DNA of 64,000 bases from Macrostomum lignano (lineage: Eukaryota). Positions 63,421 to 64,000 of this stretch are shown here, piece by piece; the first letter of the stretch is position 1, and each line of letters starts with the position of its first letter. Made by a program: the position numbers and the translations under genes. The stretch covers positions 310,001 through 374,000 of the forward strand of contig NIVC01000905.1 in assembly GCA_002269645.1 (NCBI GenBank), given 5' to 3'. The notes beneath the pieces are model-generated. The model worked only from the letters and a program-made list of their open reading frames with translations, had not been told where the DNA came from and did not search any database.

Positions 63421-63479
63421 GTGACGATTGCGATTGTCAACCTTCAACTGGTCAGCAGTGAGTCGACCCGCCTGAGTTC

Positions 63480-63850
63480 GTTGTTCCGTTGGTTTTTTTT
63501 AGAGGCATGGGGATTGTGTGCACCCTGGCGCACTTTAAGCCAATAGGCACACAACCGGCGAGAGGCATTACTGCCCATTCCGCCGACTCCCTGAGCAGGC
63601 ATACAAGCGCGCGATACGCTACGCAGGCACACACTCACACAGGAGTGTACAGCGGCCCTAACTTTATATTATCATTAGGCATGTACACTTCACTTCGCCT
63701 TGGGGGGTTGGCTCTCAAGGCCGTTAATTGCACAAGCGAGCCAAGCCGAAATTCCAATTCAGCTCCAAATTAATGTGGCTGCACTTGGAATCGAGCCTGG
63801 GTCGCTGGCACACCAGAGCAGCTGGGCTACCGCTGGGCTACGGCCCCCCT
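63480..63850 (-). mobile_element. tRNA-derived SINE, family 2
   Basis: Reverse complement GGGGCCGTAGCCCAGCGGTAG...CCCAGGCTCGATTCC...AATTAATTTGG...GAGAGCC, colinear with the 36033 copy. Confidence 0.7.
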
Positions 63851-64000
63851 GGTTCCGTTGGTTATCATTCAGTCCATGCCGTACGGTCTCCTAGCGGATC
63901 TCGTCGGCCAGAGGAAGAGCAGACATTCTACAGGAACTATGGCATATTCAGTGCCGGCTCGAGGCAGTCTCTGGACTCGCCAGTGAAGATTGAAACTCTG

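Overview
Eukaryotic (invertebrate animal) genomic DNA, not prokaryotic: GT-AG introns, SINEs, LINEs, a mariner element and large intronic satellites. The style is compatible with a free-living flatworm such as Macrostomum, but that is inference only. Genes reconstructed by hand, with splice phases checked: (1) a complete 6-exon V-ATPase catalytic subunit A (47602-52213,+); (2) an 8-exon membrane-anchored JMJD8-like JmjC + TPR protein (36938-32651,-); (3) a 2-exon ankyrin protein that looks like a bacterial (actinobacterial-type) family, a candidate horizontally acquired and intronized gene (55175-56601,+); (4) a hidden 3-exon 84-aa Cys-rich/glycine-zipper microprotein (30137-30886,+); (5) two adjacent single-coding-exon paralogs (635 aa and 256 aa) sharing an unrecognised C-terminal domain; (6) a C-type lectin/PAN-like terminal exon, a BTAF1/Mot1 C-terminal fragment and the start of a DEG/ENaC channel. 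Mobile DNA: a near-intact EN-RT LINE, two RTE-like fragments, a deleted mariner, several MITEs and two tRNA-SINE families. About 14 kb is tandem repeat.
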